A DNA stretch of 64,000 nt from an uncultured Candidatus Rokubacteria bacterium (GTDB taxonomy: Bacteria; Methylomirabilota; Methylomirabilia; Rokubacteriales; CSP1-6), in NCBI GenBank assembly GCA_963758635.1, contig CAVWWD010000004.1, forward strand, positions 32,001 to 96,000, written 5' to 3'. The translations under genes and the position numbers were made by a program. The stretch's first letter is position 1, and each line of letters starts with the position of its first letter. Below the pieces are notes generated by a model, which saw only the letters and a program-made list of their open reading frames with translations, had not been told where the DNA came from and made no database searches. Below are positions 10,361 to 21,288 of the stretch, in pieces.

Positions 10361-11137
10361 ATGGCGCTGCTCGCCCTCGAGGATCTGCACCTCCATTTCG
10401 GTGGCGTCGCGGCCCTCGGCGGGGTGAGCCTCGAGGTCCAGCCCCACCAGTTCTTCGCCATCATCGGCCCGAACGGCGCGGGCAAGACCAGCATCTTCAA
10501 CTGCATCAGCGGCATCTACGCGCCGACGCGCGGGCGCATCCGCTTCGACGGGCGGGACATCACCGCGCTGCCGCCGCATCGCCGCGCCCAGCTCCGGATC
10601 GCGCGGACGTTCCAGAACATCGCGCTGTTCAAGGGCATGACCGTGCTCGACAACGTGAAGATCGGCCGGCACATCCACCTGCGCGCCGGCCTCCTCGCGT
10701 GCGGGCTCTACTGGGGCAAGGCCGCGCGTGAGGAGCTGGCGCACCGCGCGGCCATCGAGCGCGACATCATCGACCTCCTCGAGCTGCAGGACATCCGCCA
10801 CAAGATCGTGGGCACCCTGCCGTACGGGCTCCAGAAGCGCGTGGAGCTGGCGCGCGCCCTCGCGCTCGATCCCGTGGTGCTCCTCCTCGACGAGCCCACC
10901 GCGGGCATGAACGCCGAGGAGACCGAAGACATGGTGCGCTTCGTGCGCTACGTCACGAAGGTGAAGAAGCTCACCGTGGTGATGATCGAGCACGACATGG
11001 GCGTGGTGATGGACATCTCCGACCGCGTGGCCGTGCTCGACTTCGGGCAGAAGATCGCCGAGGGCACGCCGGCGGAGGTGCAGCGCGACCCCGTGGTGGT
11101 GAAGGCCTACCTCGGCGAGGACTTCGAGGTCGCGTGA
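10361..11137 (+). CDS. Branched-chain-type ABC ATPase (LivG-like)
   Basis: GPNGAGKT, RTFQN, LLLDEP, EHDM. Confidence 0.9.
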   Translation: MALLALEDLHLHFGGVAALGGVSLEVQPHQFFAIIGPNGAGKTSIFNCISGIYAPTRGRIRFDGRDITALPPHRRAQLRIARTFQNIALFKGMTVLDNVKIGRHIHLRAGLLACGLYWGKAAREELAHRAAIERDIIDLLELQDIRHKIVGTLPYGLQKRVELARALALDPVVLLLDEPTAGMNAEETEDMVRFVRYVTKVKKLTVVMIEHDMGVVMDISDRVAVLDFGQKIAEGTPAEVQRDPVVVKAYLGEDFEVA

Positions 11138-12999
11138 GCGCGTCGCCCGCCGCCGCGGATGGGGGGACCTTCCCGCGCGTGCTCGCCGCCCAGGCGCGGC
11201 GGCTCGGCGCCCGACACGTCGCGCTGCGCGAGAAGCGCTTCGGGATCTGGCAGGAGGTCACCTGGGAGAGCTACGCCGCCCACGTGCGCGCGGTGAGCCT
11301 CGGCCTGGTGTCCCTCGGGATCCAGCGCGGCGACACGGTGGCGGTGCTCTCCGGCAACCGGCCGGCCTGGCTCTACGCGGAGCTCGCCGCGCAGGCCGCG
11401 GGCGCCATCCCCCTCGGCGTCTACGTGGACAGCCTGCCCGAGCAGGTCCAGCGCATCCTCGAGCACAGCGAGGCGTGCGTGGCGTTCGTGGAGGACCAGG
11501 AGCAGGCCGACAAGGTCCTGGCCGCGCGCGGCGCGGCGCCGCGCCTCCGGCACATCGTCGTGGAGGACACGCGCGGGCTCGAGGACGAGCGCGACCCGAT
11601 GCTCGTGAGCCTGGACGCGGTGGAGGCGGCGGGCCGCGAGCTGGACGCGCGCGAGCCCGGCCGCTACGAGGCGCTGCTCGCCGCCGCCGATCCCGGCGAC
11701 GTGGCCCTGCTCGCCTACACCTCGGGCACCACGGGCGCGGCCAAGGCCGCGATGATCAGCCACCGGAACCTCCTCGCGATGGCGGCGAGCGTGACCCAGG
11801 TGGACCGGGTGGGCGAGGGCGACGAGATCGTCTCGTTCCTGCCCTTCGCGTGGGTGGGCGAGCAGCTCCTGAGCGTGGGCATCGGGCTCCACACGGGCGC
11901 CACCGTGAACTTCCCCGAGGAGCCGGAGACGGTGCGCGACGACCTGCGCGAGATCGGCCCCCACGTGATGATCGCGCCGCCGCGGTTCTGGGAGGCGATG
12001 TGCTCCGAGTACCAGGTGAAGATCGCCGACGCGGGCTGGCTCAAGCGCGCGGCCACGCGCGCGGCCCTGGCCCTCGGCGAGCAGGTGGCCGCGCGCGAGC
12101 TCGCCGGCCGACCCGCCGGCCTCGGCGACCGTGCGCGGCGCGCGCTGGCCGGGCTCCTGGCGTTCCGGACGCTGCTCGACAAGTTCGGGCTCTCGCGCGT
12201 CCGCTACGCCTACACCGGCGGCGCGCCGCTCGGGCCGGAGATCTTCCGCTTCTTCCGGGCCGTGGGACTCAACCTCAAGCAGGTATACGGGCAGACGGAG
12301 TCCTCCGGCATCTGCGTGCTGCATCCGGACGGCGACGTGCGGGCGGAGACGCTGGGGAAGCCGACGCCGGGCACCCAGCTCCGCATCTCCGAGGACGGCG
12401 AGATCCTCATCGCGGGCGATAGCGTCTTCGTGGGCTACTACAAGAACGCGGAGGCGACGGCAAGCGCCAAGGACGGCGCGTGGCTCCGGACCGGCGACGC
12501 CGGCGTCATCGACGAGCGCGGCCACCTCGTGATGATCGACCGGCTCACCGACGTGCTCCGCCTCGCCGACGGCTCGCGCTTCTCCCCGGCCCTCATCGAG
12601 AACAAGCTGAAGTTCAGCCCCTACGTGCGCGAGGCGGTGGCGATCGGCGAGGGGCGGCCCCACGTGGTGGCCCTCGTCCTGATCGACATGGGCAACGTGG
12701 CGAGCTGGGCCGAGGCCCACCGCGTGCCCTTCACCACCTTCCAGGACCTCTCCCGCAAGCCCGAGGTCGCCGCCCTCGTCGGCGAGGCGGTGAGCCGCGT
12801 CAACCAGGACCTGCCCGCGGCCGCGCGCATCCAGGCCTTCGACCTCTTCGACAAGGAGCTGGACGCCGACGACGGCGAGCTCACGCGGACGCAGAAGGTG
12901 CGCCGGTCCGCCATCCTCACGCGGTACGCGGCGATGATCGACACCCTGTACGCGCGGCCAGGCGCGCCGGCGGCCGAGGCCCTCGCGGGGAGACGCTGA
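11134..12999 (+). CDS. Long-chain acyl-CoA synthetase (AMP-binding)
   Basis: YTSGTTG, YGQTE, TGD, ELTRTQKVRR. Confidence 0.9.
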   Translation: MSASPAAADGGTFPRVLAAQARRLGARHVALREKRFGIWQEVTWESYAAHVRAVSLGLVSLGIQRGDTVAVLSGNRPAWLYAELAAQAAGAIPLGVYVDSLPEQVQRILEHSEACVAFVEDQEQADKVLAARGAAPRLRHIVVEDTRGLEDERDPMLVSLDAVEAAGRELDAREPGRYEALLAAADPGDVALLAYTSGTTGAAKAAMISHRNLLAMAASVTQVDRVGEGDEIVSFLPFAWVGEQLLSVGIGLHTGATVNFPEEPETVRDDLREIGPHVMIAPPRFWEAMCSEYQVKIADAGWLKRAATRAALALGEQVAARELAGRPAGLGDRARRALAGLLAFRTLLDKFGLSRVRYAYTGGAPLGPEIFRFFRAVGLNLKQVYGQTESSGICVLHPDGDVRAETLGKPTPGTQLRISEDGEILIAGDSVFVGYYKNAEATASAKDGAWLRTGDAGVIDERGHLVMIDRLTDVLRLADGSRFSPALIENKLKFSPYVREAVAIGEGRPHVVALVLIDMGNVASWAEAHRVPFTTFQDLSRKPEVAALVGEAVSRVNQDLPAAARIQAFDLFDKELDADDGELTRTQKVRRSAILTRYAAMIDTLYARPGAPAAEALAGRR

Positions 13000-13904
13000 T
13001 GGGCGACGACGTGGTCTTCATGCTCCAGCTCGTCATCACCGGCATCGCGGTGGGCGGCGTGTACTCGCTGATGGCGCTGGGCTTCGTGCTGATCTTCAAG
13101 GCCTCGGCGGTGGTGAACTTCGGTCCGGGGGAGCTGGTGCTGTTCGGCGCCTACGTGGCGTGGGCGACCATCCTGCACATGAAGATGCCGCTCTATGTGG
13201 CGCTGCCCGTGACCCTCGTCGTGGCCATCGCCCTCGGCCTCGTCATCGAGCGCGGGGTGCTCCGGCCTCTCATCGGACACCCGATCATCTCGGTCATCAT
13301 GGTGACGTTCGGGGTGGCGAGCGTGATCCGCGGGGTCCTCAACATGGCGTGGGGAAGCGACACCCGCCCGTTCCCCGTGCTCTTCTCTCAGCAACCCTTC
13401 CACCTCGGCCCGGTGCCGGTGTCCCCCGTGCACCTCTGGAGCTTCGTCGGGGTGCTCGGCCTCCTCGCGGCCTTTTCGATCTTCTTCCGCTTCTCTCTCA
13501 CCGGGATGGCGATGCGGGCGACCGCGGACAACCAGCAGGTCGCCCAATCGCTGGGCGTGAGCGTGAAGTGGATCTTCGCGCTCTCGTGGTGCATCGCCAC
13601 CGTGGTCTCGACGCTCGGCGGCATCATCCTCGGCAGCGTGCGCGGCGGCGTGGACTTCTCGCTCGCCGACCTTGGCCTCAAGGTGTTTCCCGTGGTCATC
13701 CTCGGCGGGCTCGATAGCGTGGCCGGGGCCATCATCGGCGGGGTGCTCATCGGGGTGCTCGAGAACCTCTCCGGCGGCTACCTCGACCCGATCTTCGGCG
13801 GCGGCGTGAAGGAGGTGGCGCCCTTCGTGGCGCTGGTGATCATCCTGATGATCCGGCCCTACGGCCTCTTCGGCAAGCCGATCAGTGATCGAGCGCGATC
13901 ATGA
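12999..13904 (+). CDS. Branched-chain ABC permease (LivH-like)
   Basis: YSLMALGFVLIFK, MRATA, VILGGLDS, IRPYGLFG. Confidence 0.9.
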   Translation: MGDDVVFMLQLVITGIAVGGVYSLMALGFVLIFKASAVVNFGPGELVLFGAYVAWATILHMKMPLYVALPVTLVVAIALGLVIERGVLRPLIGHPIISVIMVTFGVASVIRGVLNMAWGSDTRPFPVLFSQQPFHLGPVPVSPVHLWSFVGVLGLLAAFSIFFRFSLTGMAMRATADNQQVAQSLGVSVKWIFALSWCIATVVSTLGGIILGSVRGGVDFSLADLGLKVFPVVILGGLDSVAGAIIGGVLIGVLENLSGGYLDPIFGGGVKEVAPFVALVIILMIRPYGLFGKPISDRARS

Positions 13905-13915
13905 GGGCGGGCGCG

Positions 13916-14964
13916 ATGAAGTGCGGCAGGGTTCCGGATCACGCTACGCGCGGGTCGACGAGCGCATCTTCGACACCGTGGTCCCCATCGTGGGGCTCGT
14001 CCTCCTCCTGCTCGCCCTCGCCGCGGTGCCGCGCTTCGCCACCACCTACTGGCTCGACGTGCTGAACCGGATCGGTATCGCTGTCATCGGCGCGATCGGC
14101 CTCAACATCCTCGTGGGCTACACGGGCCAGATCTCGATCGGCCACGCCGCCTTCCTCGCCGTGGGCGCGTACTCCACCGCCATCCTCGAGGTCAACGTGG
14201 GCCTGCCGTTCTTCCTCGCCATTCCGCTCGGCGCCGTGATCACCTCGGGAATCGGACTTGTCTTCGGCATCCCATCCCTGCGCCTCAGGGGCCTGTACCT
14301 CGCCATCGCCACCCTGGCCGCCTACTTCATCACCACCTACGTCATCGTCCACTGGGAGAGCATGACCAAGGGCGTGCTCGGCCTCTCCGTGCCGCCGGCG
14401 ATGGTGTTCGGCCTGCCGCTCGACTCCGACGCCCGCGTGTTCTACCTGATCTTCGCCCTCGTCGTCCCGGCCACGCTGTTCGCCAAGAACCTCTTCCGGA
14501 CCCGGGTGGGGCGAGCGTTCATCGCCATCCGCGACCGTGACGTGGCGGCGAGCGTCATGGGCGTGAGCCTGCTCCGCTACAAGCTCCTCGCCTTCCTCAT
14601 CAGCTCGTTCTACGCCGGGGTGGCGGGCGGGCTCATGGCCCATCACTCGCGCATCCTGTTTCCCGACGCCTTCACGCTGCTCGTGTCCATCGACTACCTC
14701 GCGATGGTCATCATCGGGGGGATGGGCAGCATCCTCGGCTCCATCTTCGGGGCCGTCTTCATGACCCTCCTGCCCGAGGTGCTCAAGCTGAGCGCCACGT
14801 CGCTGACCGGGGTGTACCCACAGGCCTTCGGGCTGATCGCCTCAACGCGCGACGTGGTCTTCGGCCTCGCCGTCATCCTGTTCCTGATGTACGAGCCCCA
14901 GGGGCTCGCGCGCATCTGGGTGCGGTTCCGCAGCTACTGGCAGCTGTGGCCGTACTCGTACTGA
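13916..14964 (+). CDS. Branched-chain ABC permease (LivM-like; start uncertain, N-terminal indel likely)
   Basis: GLNILVGYTGQISIGHAAF, LRGLYLAIATLA, IIGGMGS. Confidence 0.9.
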
Positions 14965-15002
14965 CCGTGGGTCAACGTCGAACCCGTGAGAAGGAGAGCG
15001 CT

Positions 15003-16208
15003 ATGAGCCGCTCGCATGGCCCCCTCGTTCGGCTCGTCCTCGTCGCCCTGCTCGTCGCCGGCCTCGGCGTCGCGACGGCGGAGGCCCAGGCCCCCCAGGC
15101 CCCGATCAAGATCGGCAACCTCGTGGACCTGACCGGCCCCACATCCGACCAGGGCAAGGACATCGCCCAGGGCCGCACCGACGCCGTGCAGTATTTCAAC
15201 GAGAAGGGCGGCGTCGGCGGCCGGAAGCTCGAGCTGGTGAGCGTGGAGTACGGCTTCCAGCCCCCACGCGCCGTGGCCGCGTACAAGAAGTTCGTCGAGG
15301 AGGACAAGGTGCTCCTGGTGCTGGGTTACGGGACGCCGGACACCGAGGCCCTCCGCCCCTTCATCACCAAGGACAAGGTGCCGTACATCTCGGGCTCGTA
15401 CTCCGGGCACCTCACCGATCCCAAGCAGACGCCCTACAACTTCCCCGGGGGCATCGATTACACGAGCCAGATCCGCATCTTCCTGAACTACGTCAAGGAG
15501 ACGTGGACGGACAAGAGCCGCAAGCCGCGGGTGGCGTTCATCTACGCGGACAACGCCTACGGCCGCGCGCCCATCGAGTCGGGACGCGCGTACGCGAAGG
15601 AGATCGGCGTCGACCTCGTGGACGAGGAGATCATCCCCACCGTCCTCACCGACGCCACGTCGCAGCTCCTGACCATGAAGAAGAAGGATCCCGACTTCGT
15701 CTACATCAACACCAACACGCAGTGGGTGCCGGTGGTGCTGAAGGACTCGTACAAGCTCGGCCTCAAGGTGAAGTACGTGGTCAACAACTACGGCATCGAC
15801 GAGCGCACCCCCGGCCTGGCCGGGGACTCCGCCGAGGGCGTGATGGGCATCCAGGACGTCGCGTACTGGGGCGAGAACGTGCCGGGCATGAAGACCCTGA
15901 TGGAGTTCAACAAGAAGCAGCACGGGGACGTCCAGCGCGCGTCGCCGTACATGCGCGGATGGCTCACCGTCATCGTGGCCGTCGAGGCCATGAAGCGGGC
16001 GGGCGGCACCCTGACGGGCGAGACGGTGAAGAAGGGGCTCGAGAGCCTGAAGGAGTTCGACACGTGGGGGATCACCCCGCCCTTCACGTACACGAGCGAG
16101 GACCATCGGCCCACCAACCGCGCCCGGCTCGTCACCATCAAGGGCGGCAAGATCGTGCAGCTCCGCGAGGTGTCGGTCGACCGCGACATGAAGTGGATCG
16201 GGAAGTAG
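15003..16208 (+). CDS. Branched-chain-type ABC substrate-binding protein
   Basis: Signal peptide, IKIG..DLTGPT; AAGGAG RBS. Confidence 0.9.
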   Translation: MSRSHGPLVRLVLVALLVAGLGVATAEAQAPQAPIKIGNLVDLTGPTSDQGKDIAQGRTDAVQYFNEKGGVGGRKLELVSVEYGFQPPRAVAAYKKFVEEDKVLLVLGYGTPDTEALRPFITKDKVPYISGSYSGHLTDPKQTPYNFPGGIDYTSQIRIFLNYVKETWTDKSRKPRVAFIYADNAYGRAPIESGRAYAKEIGVDLVDEEIIPTVLTDATSQLLTMKKKDPDFVYINTNTQWVPVVLKDSYKLGLKVKYVVNNYGIDERTPGLAGDSAEGVMGIQDVAYWGENVPGMKTLMEFNKKQHGDVQRASPYMRGWLTVIVAVEAMKRAGGTLTGETVKKGLESLKEFDTWGITPPFTYTSEDHRPTNRARLVTIKGGKIVQLREVSVDRDMKWIGK

Positions 16209-16251
16209 GCCGAGAGGACACGTCGTGAGCCCGACGCCAAACCCTCCGAAG

Positions 16252-16290
16252 CCCTCTCCCCGCCCGGGGGAGAGGGTTGGGTGAGGGGGG
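16252..16290. repeat. REP-like palindrome CCCTCTCCCC-N5-GGGGAGAGGG-..GGGTGAGGGG
   Basis: Hairpin; the same unit recurs twice at 48677-48809. Confidence 0.75.
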
Positions 16291-16327
16291 AGATGATCAA
16301 GCAGTGGAAGGAACCGCAACCCGACCG

Positions 16328-17122
16328 ATGCTGCGGCTGAACAACGTCCAGGTCATCTACAGCGACGTGATCCTGGTCCTCAAGGGCCTGTCCCTCGAGG
16401 TGCCGGAGGGGCAGATCGTGGCGCTCCTCGGCGCCAACGGGGCAGGGAAGACCACGACGCTCAAGGCCATCTCCGGGCTGCTCAAGACCGAGGACGGCAA
16501 GGTGACGGACGGCAGCATCGAGCTCGAGGGGCGGCGGATCGACGGCCGGGACCCGGAGGACATCTGCCGCCTCGGCATCGTGCAGGTCATGGAAGGCCGA
16601 AAGGTGCTGGAGAGCCTCACCGTCGAGGAGAACCTGCGGATCGGCGCCTACACGCGCCGGGACCCCGACGGGGTGCGGCAGGACATGCAGACGATCTTCG
16701 ACTACTTCCCCCGGCTGGTGGAGCGGCGCGCCCAGCTCGCGGGGTACCTCTCGGGCGGCGAGCAGCAGATGCTGGTGATCGGGCGCGCGCTCATGGCCAA
16801 GCCCCGCCTGCTGCTGCTCGACGAGCCCTCCCTCGGCCTCGCCCCCCTGCTCGTGCGCGAGATCTTCGAGATCATCCAGAAGATCAACGCCGAGCGGGGG
16901 ACGACGTTCCTCCTCGTGGAGCAGAACGCCCAGATCGCGCTCGGCATCGCCTCCTACGGCTACATCATGGAGAACGGCCGCATCGTCTTCGACGGCCCCG
17001 CCGAGAAGCTCCGCGGCAACGACGACGTGCGCGAGTTCTACCTGGGCCTCTCCGAGGCGGGCCGGCGCAAGAGCTTCAAGGACCTGAAGTTCTACAAGCG
17101 CCGCAAGCGCTGGGTGTTCTGA
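16328..17122 (+). CDS. Branched-chain-type ABC ATPase (LivF-like)
   Basis: GANGAGKTT, LSGGEQQM, LDEPSLGL. Confidence 0.9.
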   Translation: MLRLNNVQVIYSDVILVLKGLSLEVPEGQIVALLGANGAGKTTTLKAISGLLKTEDGKVTDGSIELEGRRIDGRDPEDICRLGIVQVMEGRKVLESLTVEENLRIGAYTRRDPDGVRQDMQTIFDYFPRLVERRAQLAGYLSGGEQQMLVIGRALMAKPRLLLLDEPSLGLAPLLVREIFEIIQKINAERGTTFLLVEQNAQIALGIASYGYIMENGRIVFDGPAEKLRGNDDVREFYLGLSEAGRRKSFKDLKFYKRRKRWVF

Positions 17123-17205
17123 GCCGGCCGCGACACCGGCCGTGCTCCCGCATCACCCTCCGCCCCCACGGCCTCGCCCGCAGCACGCATTGGAGTGAGA
17201 CCCTC

Positions 17206-17793
17206 ATGGGAACGACGTTGATGAACGACTGTCGGGAACCAGGCAAGATCATCCTGATCAACGGTGCGTCGAGCGCAGGGAAATCGACACTCGCGCGCTC
17301 GCTGCAGCAGCAGTTGCCCGAACCGGTCCTGCATTGGTCGTTCGATCATCTGCGCGCGTCCGACGCGTTGCCCATGGCGCGTATTCGGAGCGGCGAGCTC
17401 GACTGGGCACGCATGCGCCCTGCTGTCTTCGACGGGTTCCATCGCTGTCTGCCCGCCGTCGCCAGGCCGGCAACAACCTGATCGTGGATCACATCATCGA
17501 GCAGGAGCAGTGGCTGGCCGATCTGATCGAGCTGCTGGCGCCATTTGACGTGTTCCTTGTCGGGGTGCACTGCCCGTTGCCAGAGCTGGAACGTCGGGAA
17601 CGGCGACGGGGCGACCGGCGCCCCGGAGAGACTCGCAGGGACTTTCACACCGTGCGATCGTTTCACGGAGTACGATCTCGCCATCGATGCGACCCAGCCG
17701 ACCGAGGGCAACGTGGCAAGGCTGATCACGGCGTGGCAAGCCGGCGGAGCCGCCCGACGGCATTTGAGCAGCATGGCGACATATGAGCATTGA
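17206..17793 (+). CDS. Chloramphenicol phosphotransferase-like P-loop kinase (frameshifted)
   Basis: IILINGASSAGKST, GNNLIVDH, VGVHCPLPELERRE.RRGDR, YDLAIDAT. Confidence 0.8.
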
Positions 17794-17972
17794 CACTCGC
17801 AGGCCGCTGGAGGAATCGGCGTATGACGATTCGGCGGTGATCACCGTGTCTTCTGTGGAACGGATACGGCGGGCAGCGCGTGCGCATCAGGTCATCGAAT
17901 GAGGAAGGGGGCGAGCAGGAGCGTCGAGCGTGAGCCGCAAGAGACAGAAGGGGCGGAAGGAGCGGAAGCCCC

Positions 17973-18374
17973 ATGAGGAAGAGCGGGTCTCCTCAGACGG
18001 GAACGTCTCCCTCTCGGATGATCGACGAGAGGATCAAGGAGCTGGGAGACTGGCGGGGCAAGATGCTCTCCCGGCTTCGCGCCGTGATCAAGCAAGCCGA
18101 CCCCGAGGTGGGCGAAGAGTGGAAGTGGAGAGGGGTTCCGGTATGGTCTCACGACGGATTGATCTGCACCGGCGAGACGTACAAGAACGTCGTGAAGATG
18201 ACTTTTTCCAAGGGGGCCGCACTCGAGGACCCCGCGGGCCTCTTCAATGCCAGTCTCGATGGCAACACCAGGCGCGCCATCGACTTCCACGAGGGCGAGA
18301 AGATCGACGAGGGGGCATTGAAGGCGCTTGTTCGCGCGGCCGTGACGCTGAACACGTCCCGCGCCCACGGCTGA
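17973..18374 (+). CDS. DUF1801 (YdhG-like) protein
   Basis: LGDWRG, EWKWRGVPVW, FNASLDGNTRRAID. Confidence 0.85.
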   Translation: MRKSGSPQTGTSPSRMIDERIKELGDWRGKMLSRLRAVIKQADPEVGEEWKWRGVPVWSHDGLICTGETYKNVVKMTFSKGAALEDPAGLFNASLDGNTRRAIDFHEGEKIDEGALKALVRAAVTLNTSRAHG

Positions 18375-18418
18375 TCGAGCGCCCCGCCGCTCCCCGCCGC
18401 GGTGCTACACTGCCGACC

Positions 18419-18953
18419 ATGCCGTGGCGCCTCGCGCTGCTCCTGCTCGTCCTGCTCGTCGCTGCCGGCCGGCGTCGGCGCGCAGGAGCTCTCGCCCGGC
18501 GCCCGCGCTCCCGAGTTCAGCCTGGCCGGCTCGGACGGCCGCGAGTATCGCCTCTCCGACCTCGTGGGCAAGCGCGGGGTAGTCCTCGCCTGGTTCCCGA
18601 AGGCCTTCACCGCGGGCTGAACGCAGGAGCTCAGTGCGCTGCGGGACAGCGCCGACGAGCTCGCCCGGTTCGACGTGGCCACGTTCATGGTGAGCATGGA
18701 CAAGCCGGACCGGAACCGCGAGTTCGCCGAGTCCCTCGGGGCCAAGCACGTGCTCCTGTCCGATCCCTCGGGGGCGGTCGCCAGCGCGTACGGCGTGCGC
18801 GCCCTCGGCGGCCTCGTCGCCCGCCGCTGGACGTATTACATCGACCGCGACGGCATCATCCGGTTCGTCGACAAGCAGGTGAACGTGGAGCGCGCCGGCC
18901 AGGACATCGCGCGACGGCTCGCCGAGCTGGGGTTCCCCCGCCGTTCGCCGTAG
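18419..18953 (+). CDS. AhpC/TSA peroxiredoxin, probable selenoprotein (Sec at TGA 18618-18620), with signal peptide
   Basis: WFPKAFTAG-TGA-TQEL places TGA at the peroxidatic Cys; the ORF continues in frame to 18953; one indel in the signal region. Confidence 0.85.
18627..18662 (+). promoter_or_regulatory. SECIS-like hairpin
   Basis: GAGCTC-AGT-GCGCTG-CGGGA-CAGCGC-CGAC-GAGCTC starting 6 nt after the TGA. Confidence 0.7.
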
Positions 18954-18996
18954 CCAGCCACGCGTCCGTTCCCGTCACGCTCGAAGGAGATCCATC

Positions 18997-19897
18997 ATGC
19001 GCATCGGATTCATCGGGCTCGGCAACATGGGCGGGCCGATGGCCCTGAACCTCATCAAGGCCGGCCATGCCCTCGTCGTCCACGAACGTCCGTCGCGAGG
19101 CAGCGAAGCCGCACCTCGCCGAGGGCGCGACGTGGGCGGACAGCCCCCGCGCCGCGGCCACGGGCGCGGAGCTTATCCTCACGTCGCTCCCCGGCCCGCA
19201 CGAGGTGGAGGACGTCGCGCTGGGCCCGAACGGCATCGTCCACGGCGCGTCGGGCGGCGCCGTCTTCGCCGAGCTGTCCACCGGCTCGGCCACGCTGATG
19301 CGGAAGATCCACGACGAGATGAAGGCGCGCGGCGTCACCGTGCTGGACGCGCCGGTGTCGGGCGGCGTGCGGGGTGCGCAGCGCGGCACGCTCCAGGTCA
19401 TGGTGGGCGGCGACGAGGAGGCGTTCCATCGCCTCAAGCCCGTCTTCGGCGCCATCGGCGACAAGGTCGGTTGGATGGGCCCGATCGGGGCGGGGACCAT
19501 CGCCAAGCTCGTCCACAACATGGTCGGTGTGGTCACGCGCGCCGCCGTCGCCGAGGGCTTCACGCTGGGCGTGAAGGCGGGCGTCAGCCCCGAGGCGCTG
19601 CTGGAGGCCCTCCGCGGCGGATCGTTCGGGCAGGGGCTCACGCTCTCGCAGGTCGTGCCCGACTTCGTGATGACGGGCGACTTCGACACGGTGCGCTTCC
19701 CCTGGCGGGGCGTCCGCAAGGACCTGGGGCTGGCCACCTCGCTCGCGCGCGAGTACGAGGTGCCGCTCCCGCTGGCTTCCGTCGCCGAGCAGGACCTGAT
19801 CCACGGCCTGGCGCGCGGCTGGGGCGAGCGGGACTTCTGCGCTCCCTGGCTCCTGCAGGAGGAGCGCGCGAGCGTGCAGGTGCGCAAAACGCGGTGA
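18997..19897 (+). CDS. Beta-hydroxyacid dehydrogenase (3-hydroxyisobutyrate DH family; frameshift ~19088)
   Basis: IGFIGLGNMG, DAPVSGG, KLVHN. Confidence 0.9.
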
Positions 19898-19952
19898 CGG
19901 CTGGGCCCGGCCCGGACGACGCGGTGCCCGCGGGCTCCGCGAGGAGGGCGCG

Positions 19953-21269
19953 ATGCTGACGAGAGAAGACAACGAGCTCCTGTGTCGCGTGGGCCCCGGC
20001 ACGCAGATGGGAGCGCTGCTGCGGCAGTACTGGATTCCCGCCCTCCTGTCGCGCGAGCTGCCCGAGCCCGATGGCCCGCCGATCCGCGTCCGCCTCCTCG
20101 GCGAGAACCTGATCGCCTTCCGCGTGACCTCGGGCGCCGTTGGCCTCTTGCCCAATCACTGCCCGCACCGCGGAGCCTCGCTCTTCTTCGGCCGGAACGA
20201 GGAGGACGGCCTCCGCTGCGCGTATCACGGCTGGAAGTTCGACCACGCCGGCCGGTGCGTGGACATGCCGAGCGAGCCGGAGGAGAGCGACTTCAAGTCC
20301 AAGGTGCGGGCGCGAGCCTACCCGTGCGTCGAGAGGAACGGCGTGGTCTGGGCGTACATGGGACCGCGGGCGGCTCCGCCGCCGCTGCCGGACCTGGAGC
20401 CGAACCTCTCGCCGGTGGGCCAGTCCACCGTCCAGAAGGTGTTTCGCGAGTGCAGCTGGTTCCAGGGACTGGAGGGTGACATCGACACCGCGCACGTGGG
20501 GTTCCTCCACCTGGGCGGCGTGAAGCCGGAGGACACCGCGCCCGGCACGTTCGACTACTACAACGTGGCTCGGCGGGCCCCGCGCTACGAGGTGGTCGAC
20601 ACGGACTTCGGCACGTCGTATGGCGCCTACCGGCCGGCGGAGGCCGACACGTACTACTGGCGGATCGCGCACTTCCTCTTCCCGTTCTTCACCATGATCC
20701 CGACCGGGCTCCTCGGCACGCAGGTCCTGGCGCGTGCCTGGGTGCCCGTGGACGACGAGCATCTGATGTTCTGGAGCATGGCCGTCCCGAGCACGCAGCA
20801 AGGCCGCGGCGGCGCTGGGAGCGCGGCGGCCATGACCGCGGGCGGCCGGCCGGTCGCGGCGGCGGGAGCGCGGGCCGGCGGCTTCGAGTTCCTGCCCGAC
20901 ACCGCCGACTGGCTCGGCAAGTTCCGGCTCGCCCAGCATCGGGGCAACGACTACCTGATCGACCGCGACGCCCAGCGCGCCAGTAGCTTCACCGGCATCG
21001 CGGGCATCCATCAGCAAGACACGGCCGTCACCGAGAGCATGGGCCCGATCATCGATCGCACGCAGGAGCACCTGGGCAGCTCGGACGCCATGGTGATCCG
21101 GACCCGGCGCCGGGTGCTCCACGCCGCCCGCGCCCTGCGGGACAGTGGCGTGGTGCCGCCCGGAGTCGACACGCCCGAGGTGTACCGGTGCCGCTCCGGC
21201 GGCATCGTCCTGCCTCGCGCGGCCCACTGGCTCGAGGCCACGCGAGAGCTCCGCCAGGGATCGACCTGA
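19953..21269 (+). CDS. Rieske non-heme iron oxygenase alpha subunit (phthalate dioxygenase-like)
   Basis: CPHRGA..CAYHGW; EGDIDTAHVGFLH; QDTAVTESMG. Confidence 0.9.
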   Translation: MLTREDNELLCRVGPGTQMGALLRQYWIPALLSRELPEPDGPPIRVRLLGENLIAFRVTSGAVGLLPNHCPHRGASLFFGRNEEDGLRCAYHGWKFDHAGRCVDMPSEPEESDFKSKVRARAYPCVERNGVVWAYMGPRAAPPPLPDLEPNLSPVGQSTVQKVFRECSWFQGLEGDIDTAHVGFLHLGGVKPEDTAPGTFDYYNVARRAPRYEVVDTDFGTSYGAYRPAEADTYYWRIAHFLFPFFTMIPTGLLGTQVLARAWVPVDDEHLMFWSMAVPSTQQGRGGAGSAAAMTAGGRPVAAAGARAGGFEFLPDTADWLGKFRLAQHRGNDYLIDRDAQRASSFTGIAGIHQQDTAVTESMGPIIDRTQEHLGSSDAMVIRTRRRVLHAARALRDSGVVPPGVDTPEVYRCRSGGIVLPRAAHWLEATRELRQGST

Positions 21270-21288
21270 TCACGCCGAGGAGAACCCG

